Origin: Dipteris shenzhenensis
Taxonomy: Eukaryota
Direction: 5' to 3' (one strand)
NCBI GenBank assembly: GCA_047967505.1
Contig: CM106538.1
DNA length: 64,000 nt
Below are positions 62,668-64,000 of the stretch, in pieces. How positions within the stretch are numbered: the first letter of the stretch is position 1; each line of letters opens with the position of its first letter. The notes below the pieces were generated by a model that ran no database searches, was not told the origin of the DNA, and worked only from the letters and a program-made list of their open reading frames with translations. Both the position numbers and the translations under genes were made by a program.

Positions 62668-62716
<49 letters not shown>

Positions 62717-62720
62717 TCTC
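62668..62720. repeat. (CT)n microsatellite
   Basis: Seen directly. Confidence 0.95.
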
Positions 62721-63334
62721 CGGCGTACGCTCAGCCCCCTCTCTGTTGGCCTCTCCATCATATGCTCAGTCCCTCTCCATCATACGCTTAGCCTCTCTAT
62801 CGTACCCTCGGCCCCCTCTCCATTAGCCTCTCCACTCAACCTCGCGTTAGCGTTAGCCTCTCCAATTAGCCTTCGCTCAGCGTCACTAGCATACGCTCAA
62901 CCTTTCCGTTAGCTTTGCTCAGGCCCTCTCCATTAGTCTCTCCACTCAACCGCTTGGCCACCTCTCGTAGGGAGTAAACCCTAAGACACCCCAGCTTGCG
63001 CTGAACCCTTGACCCAGGTTGGGGGTCAGTCTTAGCAAAGGGGCTCCCAACACAAGCCACCAGATGAAGTTCCTAAAACTATTTACTACGACCCCAGCCA
63101 GCAAGAGCCCTCCTATGCTTCCATGTATTCTCTACAGCAAGAACTCAGAGATGCAAACCTTCGCATTGCCTCTCTGGAGAAGACGGTTTTGGAAATGAAG
63201 AATAAGGGCAAAGAGGAAATAATTCAAGAAGTTCTACAGCAATGTAATGCAGCAGCCCCCGCACCACAGCTTGTGACCAAGGTACCGGAATTGGTTACCA
63301 CCCAGCTCAAGTCTACCCCCAAGCTTGTCAACCA

Positions 63335-63506
63335 GGTGCATGCGTTGACCTGTAATAGCGCCATACCTGGCCTACTCAAGGCAGGCAGAGGCGACGTGGC
63401 ACTCTCCATGTTCACTCGAATGATGAAGAAGAGGCGCCTCCAAAGGAGCTAAAGTGGGCTGCATCCAAACTATGTTGCACAATATTGAATGTTGATCCCT
63501 GGCCTC
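63335..63506 (+). pseudogene. PPR-motif fragment
   Basis: ALTCNSAIPGLLKAGRGDVALSMFTRMMKK, then after an in-frame stop SGLHPNYVAQY*MLIPGL; both match the PPR consensus. Confidence 0.55.
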
Positions 63507-64000
63507 CCTGCTGCTCTGAATGCAGCCAATACTGAGGTACTGGATGGATACAAAGACTCCAGCAATAGGCCTTCAGATAGGGCTAAAGCCCTTCTAGGTT
63601 TAGCAGATGCCCAACCCAGTCAGCCTTACTGCCTTAATCTGCCATGTGGGAGGCCCGTTCTGGCCCGCCTACTGTAGTACTGCCTATTAAGCAACTAACA
63701 ATCCCCAATTTCTGAGGCAATCTATACAGCTTACAGGCCAGCCAAAAGGCCAGCCACCTCAGCCAAATAAGTGGCCAGAAAGCTCACCTGGTCTGGCCGA
63801 CCAACTGGCAAGCCCACCGACCAGCTGGCCGACCAACTAGGTCTGGCCTATAAAGGCACAAGCCCCTACACTCCTCTTGACAGGACAGGACCTGCAGCTG
63901 CTCCTCTTCTCCTCCATGCTTTGCTGCAGCCCCGCCTGCTCCACTTCTACCTCTCCTCTTCAGATCTGCTCCTCTCTGCCTCCTGGCTGCTGCCTTCTCT

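Overview
Eukaryotic land-plant nuclear DNA, possibly from a seed-free plant such as a fern (inference only), dominated by degenerate transposable elements. Two intact-looking host genes lie on the minus strand: a 3-exon FRIGIDA-like gene (29841-32026, 548 aa) and a spliced gene (about 10661-11767) for a probable plastid-targeted protein resembling an uncharacterised cyanobacterial family. The TEs are several Ty3/gypsy elements (most with chromodomains; one with both LTRs, a PBS and a perfect CATTC TSD at 47613-54545), a scrambled Ty1/copia mosaic, a 2.6-kb gag-only copia element with 342-bp LTRs that carries a captured host-gene fragment, LINE remnants, an interstitial telomere-like array and microsatellites. 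The most unusual item is a decayed rolling-circle transposon remnant (about 12520-15870, minus strand). It joins a Pif1-type helicase C-terminus to an AP-type endonuclease (Helentron architecture) and lies directly downstream of a spliced RPA1-like OB-fold/Zn-ribbon pseudogene. All family assignments come from reading motifs by eye; no searches were run.
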